From Fimbriosthenelais zetlandica (taxonomy: Eukaryota): 64,000 nt of DNA. Of the stretch, positions 34,301-46,800 are shown in pieces. The stretch's first letter is position 1. Each line of letters starts with the position of its first letter. The position numbers and the translations under genes were made by a program. The stretch is taken from NCBI GenBank assembly GCA_977030845.1, contig OZ365115.1, positions 28,830,001 through 28,894,000 of the forward strand, read 5' to 3'. The notes below the pieces were generated by a model. The model had not been told where the DNA came from, did not search any database, and worked only from the letters and a program-made list of their open reading frames with translations.

Positions 34301-37145
34301 GTTCGTCTTTTGTATCTTTCTGTGTGTGTTTTGAACGTTTAATTGCCATGAATTGCCGGAGGATGCACCCTCCCCACTCACATCCTTTTGACGTCCTCCA
34401 ATGCTCCGCCTCCATCCACAAAGCGGTGCTAGTACTAGTAGTAGTACCCACGTCTTTTACCCCCTTAATTCTTCTCATACCACCAACCCTCTTATGCCGG
34501 ACGAAGACAGCCCTCATGTTTTGTTGTTTCTGCCATGGACATGTTCCCTGTGGGTTCGATCCATTGTGTTAGGTTTCCGTAGTGGCAGTGTGTATTCCTA
34601 TTCATTGTGGAGAGTGGAAGACACTGCCACTGGCCTATCCCCAATACACACTAGGCTAGCTGGCGAGTCACATTGATATTACAATCAGTACTGTGTCAGT
34701 TAGTGGTCGATAAACTGCACCATTCCTACATGCCACAAATATTCAAGGTGAGAAATATCGTTCCTAGTTAATACGATTCATAAACCAGCCTAATTTTTCC
34801 TCTTAAAGTTAGTATTCACTATCTGCCTTTTGCTTGAACATCTTCATTGGAAATTATAATAATGATCTGTCCCCAGTTGACCCTAAATTTCCTCACACCT
34901 GACTTTAATTTTTGTTAAAAATATTGAGAAGTACATGTATTAGAACTATTTTATTATGGTATTAAAACTGTCAGCTATAGTAACATCAAGTACTGTATTA
35001 CTAAATTAGTCTGTATAATTTGTCATTTAAATATTGGGATATAAGTTATTATAACCTAATAGGTGGATGGCACACATCACCAATGCATGTAGCCTATAAT
35101 ATTAATAGCCTAATGAATGTAATGACCCATCTTGCCCTATTCATCCACCCCCTACATTCTGCTGAATTCCACCAAGTATTTCAGGGATGATATGAAATGT
35201 AGAATACCATGACAATGACATCATGTCAATGAGAACATGCACGCGAGCAAACAATTTACATTAGATCACTACAAGTCATCAATACCTTATCATACTTTAC
35301 ATTACAGCAGTTATAGTCCTGCAATATTAATACCAACCAATTCAGATAATCACTTAGGCCTATAAAATACGGTACTATAAGTGGACCTTAGACTTATAAA
35401 TTATAAATCGGTATATCCATGATCGGATTCTGTATACATGTAAGTTTTTGGGTCGTATTTGTGTGGGCACAGATAAATACATGGAGATTAATTATATGAT
35501 GGACCATGCAGTAGCAAAGTGGAAATTCATTGAAGCATACCAAGGGTTGTTAAGTGAGGATCTTGGGTCAGTATGTTTGGGTGTGAATGGGTCTTACTAT
35601 GGGTCAGTGCGTCCACAGTTCAGTGTAGATGCGTGGGTCAAGAGGTGTAGGTCATTCAGGGTTACATACTTTCTCCATGTTTAGGGCATAGTGACAAGTG
35701 AGCAGTGGCGGCTTTAGAGTGGAAGAATATGCCAAAAATGAAGGGTGGAAAATTTGCTAAAAAGGAAGAAAAGTTATACTAATGATGCAATTGTAATGTT
35801 AGTCATTTGAAGTGTAGGTCTGTTTCATTTAGTTCCAGTCAGCTTCTTCTATCTATTGTATTTGGAAAATATATGAGATTTTTTTTTTAATTTTTCACTG
35901 ATGAAGTAATATTTTTTATTAGTAGTATTGATAAGAAATAAATGTATCCCCATCCGTCATGTTTGCCTAGATTGCTGGTTACTGCGCTGTCGGCTGAGAT
36001 ATATAAAGAGGTCGTTGTATAAGTCACGAGCAAAAATGTGTTTCCCAGCACATCTGTTTCCTTTAGAAGCTCCCGTATTGATAAAAACTAATGTGCTGTA
36101 CTTTTTACCGCCCCTCAGAGTGGTTAGCAGTTGTCGGAGAAGGGTAGAAAATGGACTTTTATCCTGCACTTTACAATAGGTGTAGTCTCTCTTTACCATG
36201 GGACCAACTCACAAATGGACGGAAGTTGGTTCCCGGGGCTTCATTCACGTATAACGAAAGGTGTGTCTTACTGTGACCTAACGAAGCATGCGAGGGTATC
36301 AGAAAAAAGACGGATATTAAGTGTGTTTGGCTATGGAAATTTATTTTATAGCAAAAAAAGTGTATCTTCTAGACTTAAACAACATATTTGATTTATAATG
36401 AATGTTCTCACCTTTTCATTGTTACATGTAATGCAATTTTTTTTTCAAATACAATAAGGGACTTTGCCAGGAATTATTAGAAATCAAAGTGTAAAATCCT
36501 ATTCATTTTGCACATTTATTTTTAGGTCGTATTTCACAGAAAAGTGAACGTAAAATTAGGTAGAGCTGAATGAAGAAGCTTTTTTCTGTAGACTTCACAT
36601 CCTCTTTTGCTCGGTGGAGTGGGAAGCAAAGTTTATAATAGTTATGACTCATATCCAAACGCTTGAATATTGAAATGTATGAGGCAGAGTCACATATTTA
36701 GCACCTAGAATGAAGATACATTTCATGGGTATGAATTGAGATATCAGCAAGAACTATTTTAAGATATATGCCCACTGAAGATTTTGTGATAACCTATGAG
36801 ATCTTCCAAGATAGATAACAGTTCAATTTAAGGAGAAGATCCAAGATATGATTGATAAATAACTGATATTACTTAGACATTATTCTCTATCTTAAGGAGA
36901 GAGAAACGTACTCAAATGACAAAGTCAAGTATTCTTTTTTTAATTTAATATTTGAATCAGAATGGAAAATATATTTTGACTTGTAGATGAATTTCTTAAG
37001 ATTTTGAAGTCCAAACTGAAGCAGCATATTGTTGATCGCTTGATCTACACTTGTTGGTCTAAGGGGTGAGGGGGAACACCAGTCACCGATGATTGGTTTT
37101 TAGCCATTTAGGCCTGTGGGGATCACCTGTACCCTCATCCCCTCG

Positions 37146-37294
37146 GTTTCCATGGTAACCGATGACTCATACCACCCTACCATTACCCACCACCACCACC
37201 ACCACACACATCCAAACACCGACATGCTACCAAGCCACTTGCTGTGAAATGTTGCCTGGGTGACCTAAGCATCGTGACATGTTGCCATAGAAAC
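37146..37294. promoter_or_regulatory. Two RFX X-boxes
   Basis: GTTTCCATGGTAAC (37146-37159) and GTTGCCATAGAAAC (37281-37294). Confidence 0.55.
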
Positions 37295-38374
37295 GAGTTT
37301 GGGATCCAGGGTGGATCCTTGTTTGGGTGGGAAGTGCGTATAAATGTTTGAGCCAGCTTGTGTGTGGGGTACATGGGTGGGGTGGGGTGTTACAACATTC
37401 GTGCTATGAATGATTATGATGCTTTCCCCCCCCCCCCCCCGCCTCCCCCATAGGGACCTCCAGCGGGTGCAAACCCTATTAATATCAAGAGGCACATAAG
37501 CCAATGATCCTTAAGTGGCGCCAGGGGGTCTTTTTTACTATTTTTTGGTCAATGCCTAAGCAATGACTGGCATCAACAAATTTGCTTGGGAGAAAGCTAG
37601 ACTTCCATGTTCAAAAGATCCAGCCCAGTTCCGGCAGGACATATTTCACTGACATGATTAGATTTCCAATAGTGAGTGCATATTATGATTAATGGATCTG
37701 AAAATTTTAAATTTCGATCCACATCTCGTCCCCTTGCTTCTGCATGAGCATCACATTGTCCATTGTTCTTGTACTAGCTTTCAAATTTAATGATTCCTCA
37801 GTACACATCTAAGGCATATGCTCAGAACTCTTTGATCACAATTCAATGAAGATTCTACGAACAAACTCCCCATTAATTGTATAGGTTAATATAGCTTGAT
37901 AGACATTTACTTTCACCATTGACTTTGTTTACGTTATAGTGAACCTGACCTAGGCTAATTGTAATGATTTACACAGAACTTTACTGTACTTTATTTTCAT
38001 GAATGTGTTTCTAATTTGCCATACAAGCATTCAGTAAGTAGGTGATACGGTGGGGATTTTTAATGTATGCTCTAGCCTGGTCCTCTATGCGCAACACAAT
38101 AGTCGCAGCTTAGGATAATCCAGGACTTAAAAATGCTAGCAGGTAATGTCAATACATGAAGCCATGTTGCTTTTAAAAATTTATGTAATATCTTCGGAGA
38201 AGGTAGATGTGTACAATATCCCTTTGGGATGAATTTATTATTAGTTTAAGCTAGTTTTGTTCATACTTCTGAATATATGGAAAATATTTATTTATACAGA
38301 AATTTTCCCAGGTGCCTCTCGGGTCTGAATCAAAATATTTCTTTTAGTTTGTTTTACTTGTTCTGTCTCTCCTC

Positions 38375-38485
38375 CCATGATCCTCTCTCTTTTCCCTCAC
38401 CCTCCCCCCTCTTCCTCTCTCTCCCTCCCTCTCCCTCTCCCCTCCCTCTTCCCTCCCTCTGGCTCTCCATCTCACCTCTCCCTCC
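38375..38485. repeat. Polypyrimidine (CT-rich) low-complexity tract
   Basis: Almost purely C/T; explains ORFs 38277..38537 and 38377..38613. Confidence 0.85.
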
Positions 38486-39286
38486 CAGCAGACCTATTTT
38501 CAGTCTACAGGAATGTCGCTCTCACCATCCAAAATGACAACAACACGCACACCTGCCCACCACTGTACTGCTCATCCCCACGCTGGTCTGAAAAGTTCTC
38601 ATATCATTTGTGAATAATAACTTTGTGAAAAAACATCTTATTCATTTCAAGAGAGAAATTCAAAACTAGAGGGTCTAGATTTGAAATAATATGAGATTTT
38701 AAATTTGTTTTTTGAAAAGAAATCAAGTAATTTCCAGAGTGAGATTATGTATCGTCTTTAGATATCATTATTTAAGCAGACGTGAAGAATTTCTGTTGAG
38801 GGAATGCTGGCCTTTCTTCCTTACCCTCACTGAAAACATCCCCATCGGTAATGAGGCATGTTAAACTAATTTAAACGTTCAAATTAGCCTGGTCTCTGGC
38901 TATATTTAGGTCGGTTCACACCACCTATGCTGGAATGAAATAGACCTACCCGAGACTGATGACGATTGTTTAAAAAAAAATAACAAACCCTTGATTGCTT
39001 TGATTTGCAAAATGGGTAGGGAGGGGCTGTGGGGAAAGATAGAGGTGAGGCATTGCTTCCTCCAGCTCATGGGAATGGGGCTATTCTACTGTCTATGTTC
39101 GACCAAATTGGTAATCTATATTCTTTAGCATTCCCCTCACTCCCCGACTTCCTCAAAATATCTAAATTCCACCTTTCTCCCATCCCTCACATCCCTCACA
39201 TCCCTCACATCCCCCATCCTCCCCCCTTCCCCCAGCCACCCATTGGACTACTGCAATATAATCAATACAACCCCTGGGCCCATTTG

Positions 39287-39300
39287 GTTGCCATGGTTAC
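39287..39300. promoter_or_regulatory. RFX X-box
   Basis: GTTGCCATGGTTAC. Confidence 0.5.
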
Positions 39301-40547
39301 TCGGTCCGTGAAGTACATGCAGGGAAGGCGGGGATAATGGCAAACATTAGTGGAATATGGGACGCCTGGGCACAATCCAGGATCTCTATAGGCCGGCATT
39401 TATAAAAGCAAAGCTTTTTATTATCAAGCCTCAGAAGGTTTAATTCATACTTTTGAAAGAATTACCCAGCTCTGTGGTAAAAAAATATAAAAAACAATCC
39501 AGGCATTCCTTTGGCAGTTTCTGTGACTTTTGTCTTGATATTCAGTGGTCACAAGACCAGTCAATGTACTCTGCACCTAACCTATTAACATGTGTTCCCT
39601 GGGTGACTCATGTATAATTAATTTAGACGCAAAGAAACATTCATTGTTTTGTGGGAAAAGCGTTTCCACTTATACCTGACTCAGCCTATGTGTGCTTTAG
39701 TCCATGTGGAGTCACACTCCATTCATCCTATAGTTTACACTTGGAATTAATTCATTCTCATTCAATATTCAGTCAAGTACGAATGTCTAGAGCTGAATCT
39801 CATCGCCTGCTCTTGTATGAAGTTAATATATTGGGGAGCAGGATAAATGGTATTAAATTGTAACATTATCTGGCATGTCTATCGTGGCCCCATGCTGAGC
39901 TATCATGCTTGCTACATTCCCATGAGATTGTTCTTTAGCCAGTTTGTGTATTTTATAATATACAGGTGTCGCATACTGTTATAATTATGCCATTGATCGT
40001 TGTTCAAAGCCTTCCACTTATTTTTCCCTAAGAATACATCCCATCAAGTATTGGTCCAAAAAAAATTAACTCTCTGATATTGGGAAATGAGGCCTAAACT
40101 ACCTCACATACAACAGTCTCCCTTTCATGTCTTGGCTATTTTTAATGGGTACATTTTTTCTTGTACCATCTGAAAGTCTGCCATGGTATTTTCAGACCTC
40201 CTCGGGGCTCTACATCTGTTCTATGTACCCCCAGTCTATGAGAAAGGTGCATGGCTTGGTTGTGAAGATATCTGAGTACAATGATTCTTCACCCCCCTCT
40301 ATTGTGTGAAGGTATTCTGTGTTTTCACCTGGCACACCGTTAGTGCTCAGCTTTCACTAGCGATATACAAAGCCGGGTCCCGGGTATCCACTATCCACTC
40401 TCCATTAGGCAGGTGTGTATTTGTATCTCTTTACGGGATACCGGCACACACCCAGTCTTTACCTCCCACTCCCTCATGGCTATGGTATGTATGCATGCAG
40501 GTAGTCTGGCACTTTCCCATCTTTTTGGGCATTATACTAAGTGCTTA

Positions 40548-40821
40548 GACTAGCCCTTTTCCCCCATGGTAGGACTGGAGTCCCAGCTCCCTAAATCATT
40601 CCCTCACTCCTCCCAACTTAGACTAGCCCTCGTCCCCATGACAGGACTGGGGTTTTAGCTCCCTTCCACCTTGCACTAGCCCTTGTCCCCATGACAGGAC
40701 TAGGGTGTTAGCTCCCTTCCACCTTGCACTTGCCCTTGTCCCCATGACAGGACTGGAGTTTTAGCTCCCTTCCTCCTTGCACCAGCCCTCGTCCCCATGA
40801 CAGGACTGGAGTCCCGGCTCC
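40548..40821. repeat. 53-bp minisatellite (~5 units), with dispersed copies at 44355-44441 and ~45619-45655
   Basis: Unit ACTAGCCCTCGTCCCCATGACAGGACTGGGGTTTTAGCTCCCTTCCACCTTGC repeated head-to-tail with few substitutions. Confidence 0.9.
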
Positions 40822-43800
40822 GTTCCTCATCGGTGATTAACTCCTCTTCCTCACTAGCCATAATTCAAATAAGTTCAAATTAGTTGAATTGGATTTTCCA
40901 AGGTTTTCTTGCCACAATAATCAATGTCCAATGGTCCCAGTTGAGTTCCACCAGTAGAAAATTGATGTCTTGGAGGTAATGTCCCATGGCTTGCTGGGTC
41001 AACCTGTCGTCGTTGGTTTGGAAGTTTGTCAACATTGTGATCAATAACACCTGACTACCTGATAGATTAACCTGTCCAGGCTTTCACTATATGGATTACC
41101 TCACTCTAATCTCTCACTACAGCTTATCATCCATCAAGGCCTCCACTAAGACATACTAAAAAAAAATTATAGTAAAAAAATGAGTGTACACATGATACTG
41201 AATGGAAAACGTCCTGTCTAAAATAACATTTTTAATTCCTAATTATTATGAATTAAAATGTTGTTTTAGTTTGCCATCTTAACCATATAAATCATTTTTA
41301 CTCTAACTTCTTAGCCGTCACCAAGTAAAACCTTTTAATCTGAAATAAAATAAAACTTTAATCCATAACCCTACTCAAATACATAACTCTGATATGAATG
41401 CACACCGCGTAAAATATTCATGAGTTGATATAAAATGCCCTGGTTTTATGGAGATCATTTTAAATGGAGGGGAGGGGGCGGGGGATAAGGACTAAGGATA
41501 AGGGGCGGGGTAATAATCCCGCCCCCACAAACCACCAAACACCCTGAGCACACCCCAGCCTCTCTCACTGGACCTATCATATGTCCTTACATCACCACTA
41601 TAGCCCTTCATACAAACACACATCTTTTTCATTCGTCAATTCTTCCCAGGATCAGGTTCTCAGTCAGTGATAATAGGGAGGCATCCATCTCGTCGCCAGG
41701 CGACAAGGCCGTGCTATTCATATACAAGCCTTGCCCTCAGGAGGCCGCCGTCTAAATATCTCCTTTCAGGGTGTGAGAGCAGGCTGGGGGAAAAAGAAAA
41801 ATGCTTGAGCTGACGTGAAAAATAGAACCTCTCTTCATTCCCATACAGAAGTATAGAGAGGCCCTGACAGCTGAAACCACTGGGCATGCTTCGGGTAGAG
41901 ATCCACAAAATCTCGTCATGGACGTGAATGAGTGAGAGTTTGGCAGGGGGAGGAGTAACATGCCATCATCACACCTGTCACCTACCAATGTTCATGAGCC
42001 AAGATTATTTATATTTTTTTAAATCCAAATTGTCATAACTCAGAGCAGACAAAATGGTTGTTTTGGTCGAGGTTGACATACTTTTGTCCATAAAGAGAGT
42101 TTCCAGAACTTTGCCAAGTTATGGTCATGCAGGTATTGGCCTACCCCCTACCCCCCATCCCCCGCTCTTCAAGTGCTGCTAACTGAGATATCAAAGGCTA
42201 TGTCTCTCAATGTCTGTGGTGAGAGGCATATATTTCTCCCCTTCTATGGTGAGAGACATGTAAAGTTTTAGCAGAGGAGTACTCTCTCTGGCTTAACCAA
42301 TTTAGGCGGACCATCATCTGGTACTCATTTGGTGGTCACTAACCCATGCTGTTGACCATCCACTCCTCCCTTCCCCCTCCCTTCTCCTTCTGGCTAACAT
42401 ACCCTGTAAATGGACACTTCTCCCTGCTGGGTCGGCCTTCCCTGACCCAAATCTTATCCAGGATTCCTGCTGGGGTTTCCTGTCCAGGACTTTCCACAAA
42501 TAATTTGATTTTGAGAAATTTTATTATAATTACCCTGGCCCCCTGCTTCGATAACTCCTATATTGCCATACTAAATTCAGAGTGTCTGATTTGCATTCTT
42601 TCTCCTGGGAAGAAATCTTTAATTTATGGCGAAATTTGAAGCTAGTTCAATGGATTGGAAGAAAGACATTAGAGCATCCGGAGAACACCTGGTCTTGATA
42701 TTACAGGCTCTCTTTGTGTATCCATGCACTTTATTGAATTATAAAACCTTTGATTTCAAAATCGTCTCAGATAAAATCAAGGAAAGATTTGTTTCCAAAC
42801 AATCACTAATTCTTTTCTCGTATCCCTGAAATTGCAAAGAACAAATCTTTAATTCTCTGAAGACAATTTTGTTGAATATATTTAATAATTTTTTAACTAT
42901 TGAATACAGATTTGTACCTGTGTAGACTTTGATTATATGCAGGTATTCACCAGATTGTAGTTTGACTTTCGGATGCTTGACCTCAGATGACAATCATTTA
43001 TTTGGCTTCCCTCCTTCTACCCTTGGGCCACATGCATGGAAAAATAAACCACTGGTCCTGTTACACTAGTTCACAATACAACCAGCCAAATACCGTACAC
43101 CCAACATTGTAATCTCAGCTTTTCAATACATGAGCATATTTCTTAACTCCACAAGTACAGTCCATTATTGTAGGGTTGGGAGTTTAGTAAGGCATTTCTG
43201 AGTTATTTGTAGTTATATCTGATGAGCCATCCCATCAGCAAATATTAACACTAAGCATGTTCTCGACCCCCTACTGTATGTCGTGTATGGGGAAGGCCTT
43301 GCAGGCCCCCAGGGACTGGAGTAGGGGGCTAATTCCGACAACAAATATCAACAAATATCACATATCTTACTAGATTGATGCCAGATGAACATAGCATGCG
43401 GACTGGAGGTGCATGGGGCATTCACTAAGCCAACCATAACAATGAACTTGGCGCTTGTAGAATGAAATACTCTCTCAAATACATTGCTCACATGTTTGGT
43501 GCATTGGTTTGTGTGTGATATTACTGAACGCTTCAATGCTGGTGTTAATATTTCATAGAGTGAGACCAGGATCTTTATGCTAGCCAAGTGTTTAACTATT
43601 ACATGGTCATCTCAAGCATATATAAACCTGGAGTCCTTGAAACTTTAATCCTGGAAAATTGGTTAATATTTTGTTTCTGCTGCAGCTTTAAAAGTGGAAA
43701 TCTGAAGACTGAGGATTGTGAAAAAGTGTCTGGATACATGTGTTCTTTAATCAGAAGGCCATACAACACCTCAACCGCATGGAACTATGAGAAACTGTTC

Positions 43801-46800
43801 AGTTGAATATCGAGATGTTACTTAATCAGATCTATATTATTGGAAATTTTATTATAGTAAGTTTTTTTCCAGAGGAAGCTCCCTTCCTCCTGCCTTGATT
43901 CCTGAAATTGCGTTTGGAAAAAACTCAATCTTAATCAAAGCAAATTGTTCTGAAACTTTGGAGTGAGTTGAATGACTTACAAAATTAATTTGACTGGAAA
44001 TATTCTGGCAACTCGATGTCAGTCTTACCAGGACAATATTATCAGCCCAGCATAAACCCCTCAGTTAAACGGTGGGTTTTCACCTTTTGTCCCTTCTACT
44101 ATAAACCTTCCAAGACCCATTGTATACCCCTCACACAAGGATGAAGGAGCTGGTCTTTTAGATCCCCTGGTCTGGGCTTGGCATGCCAGGTCAATGAGGC
44201 CTAGCCCCACCCCACTACTGCACGCCTCAAAACCTGCCTCCTTCACCCCTCACTCACTCACAGGACACTTCACTCAGGGACGAGCTGCTCATCCAGGCCA
44301 AGCTAAAATAACACTCGTTTCCCCTCATATTCCTAAAGACATTTTGAGTAGCATTCGTCCCCACGATAGGAATGGAGTCCCAGCTCCCTTCCACGTGCCT
44401 TGGACTAGCCCTCGTCCCCATGACAGGACTGGAGTCCCAGCATAATTCCTGAAGTTGGGTTGGGACGAAACTCAGACTAAATCAATGGAAACAAACTTTA
44501 AAATCGAATAATTTTTAATCAAAGACTTGACAAGTCTATTTTTGGAGCTGGATAGTACATTTTCAAAAGTTTACCTTTATCCAGAGACTTGTACAATTGT
44601 AAGTTTCAGCAGCTTGTTGGTTTATCCAGGGAACGATTTCCAAGTACTGCTGGATACTTTGACCAAAAAAACTGTTATTTGTACTATTTTCTAGTGGCTC
44701 CTGAGTTAGGTTACCCCTTAACTCCGAAAACCCCAGAGAACGTATTGCAAAAATGCCTAACTGATAACAAAGTGGGATTGTTTCCTATCCTCTCTCTACT
44801 GTTTGGTTCATTTTTGTCTCGGGACCTGATGTTACTGGAAACACGGTTTTTTCTCGGCCTCGCCTGTACTTGTGAGTTTTTTGGCGGCAGGTTCTGGCTG
44901 CTGGTAAAGTGTGGTGTTAGTTAGCAGCTTCTGAGAGCTAGAAGAAGGAGGAGGGGCACATTACTGACATGTACCTCAACTAGTGAGATAAAACCTTACT
45001 TTTAAAGTATTCAAACCAGGACAAACATATGTGATTCAATAATTGAATTGCATCACACTCTTAAATGAATTTTGAAATGCACTGATTGTCAAAATCTCTC
45101 GTCAAAATCTGTCGAATTCACAAGAAATTTAAATTGAATTGAATCAAGAATTGAAAAGCATTACCCGCATGTTTAATAAGTGAATCGCACTCTAAATGCC
45201 ATTTACTCTATGCACTGATTGACCACAACATATTAATTGAGTTTTAACCCTCGACAAGTCCATTTAAATCTTTGAAATTTACTGGTCTTTCTTGACCAGC
45301 TTGTTTATTCTCCGGGACCACTCAGCCATGTTGATGGGTTTCACTCGGGTTATGTAAACTCAACTCCCCTGAGATGTTTGGTGTATTTGTGTACTGGTCA
45401 TTATAGCCGCTTTAGTGGGTTAAATCAGAGTTCTAATCTCTGGTGGGTTAGATCAGAGTCTCTCTGGTTAAATGAAGCCTGGCATCCAGGTATGGAGATA
45501 TAGGGTCTCTGGTATGCCTCTAATGGCCTGTCTCTCCCCTCCCCCCTCCTCCACTCAGATTGGTCTACCCTTAATGTCTACCCCACATGGACAACAAATC
45601 AGCATGGGGTAACTGGTAGACTAGCCCCTGTCTCTTGGACACTACTGGAGTCCCTCCCTCTCATTCATGGCATACCCCTACCTAGTCACTCAACCATTTG
45701 GTTGCATTTTTCTTTCGAGAAAAAAAAATTAAAGACTTTGACTAGAGAGGTGGTACAGGGTTCCGAAATGTCAGAGCCATATGTTCTACAGTTCATCCTG
45801 TAAATATGTTGGGAAAAGATTCTTACTGCTTTTCCCATGGAATAGCCCACAATATCCTATCTTTCAGAATATATGCTCAACTTATGCCATTTATATCTTG
45901 AATCTGTAATAAATTCCGTATTATTATTAAGCCAAGTTAACACTTTAAGATTTATATTCATAGCCCTATAGAACTGGGTTCCGATCATCAATAAAATGCC
46001 GAGATGAGATTTTATCTGAAACCTTTTGAAGTGTCTTTACAATAGGCTACACATTGTGCTTGCACCTAATGTGTTGGGGATCCACGAGCCATGAGACTGA
46101 GTGATTGACAAAGCACACTATACGAGCCTGAGAGATGGGGGGGATTATCTCCTCCCTTCATGATGATAAAGATTAAATTGCTCGTGTTGGATGTATCCAT
46201 TTGACAGTTCTTGTCAGGGGGAGACAGTTAGCTGACCCCTGCCTGGTCCGGAGACCCCAGAATAAAGGTCTTCATATAGGGTGTCAGCTATATATAAACT
46301 GTCATTGACCTTAAAGGCAAATGTCATAGGATGCCCCCTGTAGTGATTCGTCCTTTGAAAAACATATCCCCAGGGGGAAATGAAATTATTTTGAAAATAT
46401 TGTCATTATCAATTTAATCCCCCAGCCCTGTTAACTGGGATATGAAAAGCTAACCAGGTTTCCCACTGCGACATCGTGAAAGGCATGTAAATTAAAAATG
46501 ACCAATGCTGCCTTTTCGAGGAGAGCATGTGCCGACAACGTGTTTCCTACTGAACAAATAGCCACCAATTAGTCATTCAAATCTAATAAAAAAATAAAGA
46601 AAAATCAATGGTTACTAAAGTTAAAGTCTAAATCCTTGAAATCCTTTGTGGCCATTGAGAGAGATGGATTGAACACCTTGGTGAGGATGTATATTTTGTG
46701 AAGGCCGAGCCACCCTTGACATTCCCTGTCTGATTAGTGCTGACAAGTTGATACATGAGAATTATCCTGTCTCCATCTATCTATTGTCACGGACATTTGG

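Noticed and set aside
36200-36236. TGGACGGA within a small hairpin as miR-184
   Set aside because: Only 8 nt match, the match falls in the loop, and the stem is ~10 bp.
40548-40821. Regularly spaced repeats as a CRISPR array
   Set aside because: The units are contiguous with no unique spacers, there are no cas genes and the context is eukaryotic; it is a minisatellite.
42314-42499. Minus ORF ending RRRREGEGRSGWSTAW as an RTE-LINE tail
   Set aside because: It derives largely from a CT-rich tract on the opposite strand and has no other RT motifs.
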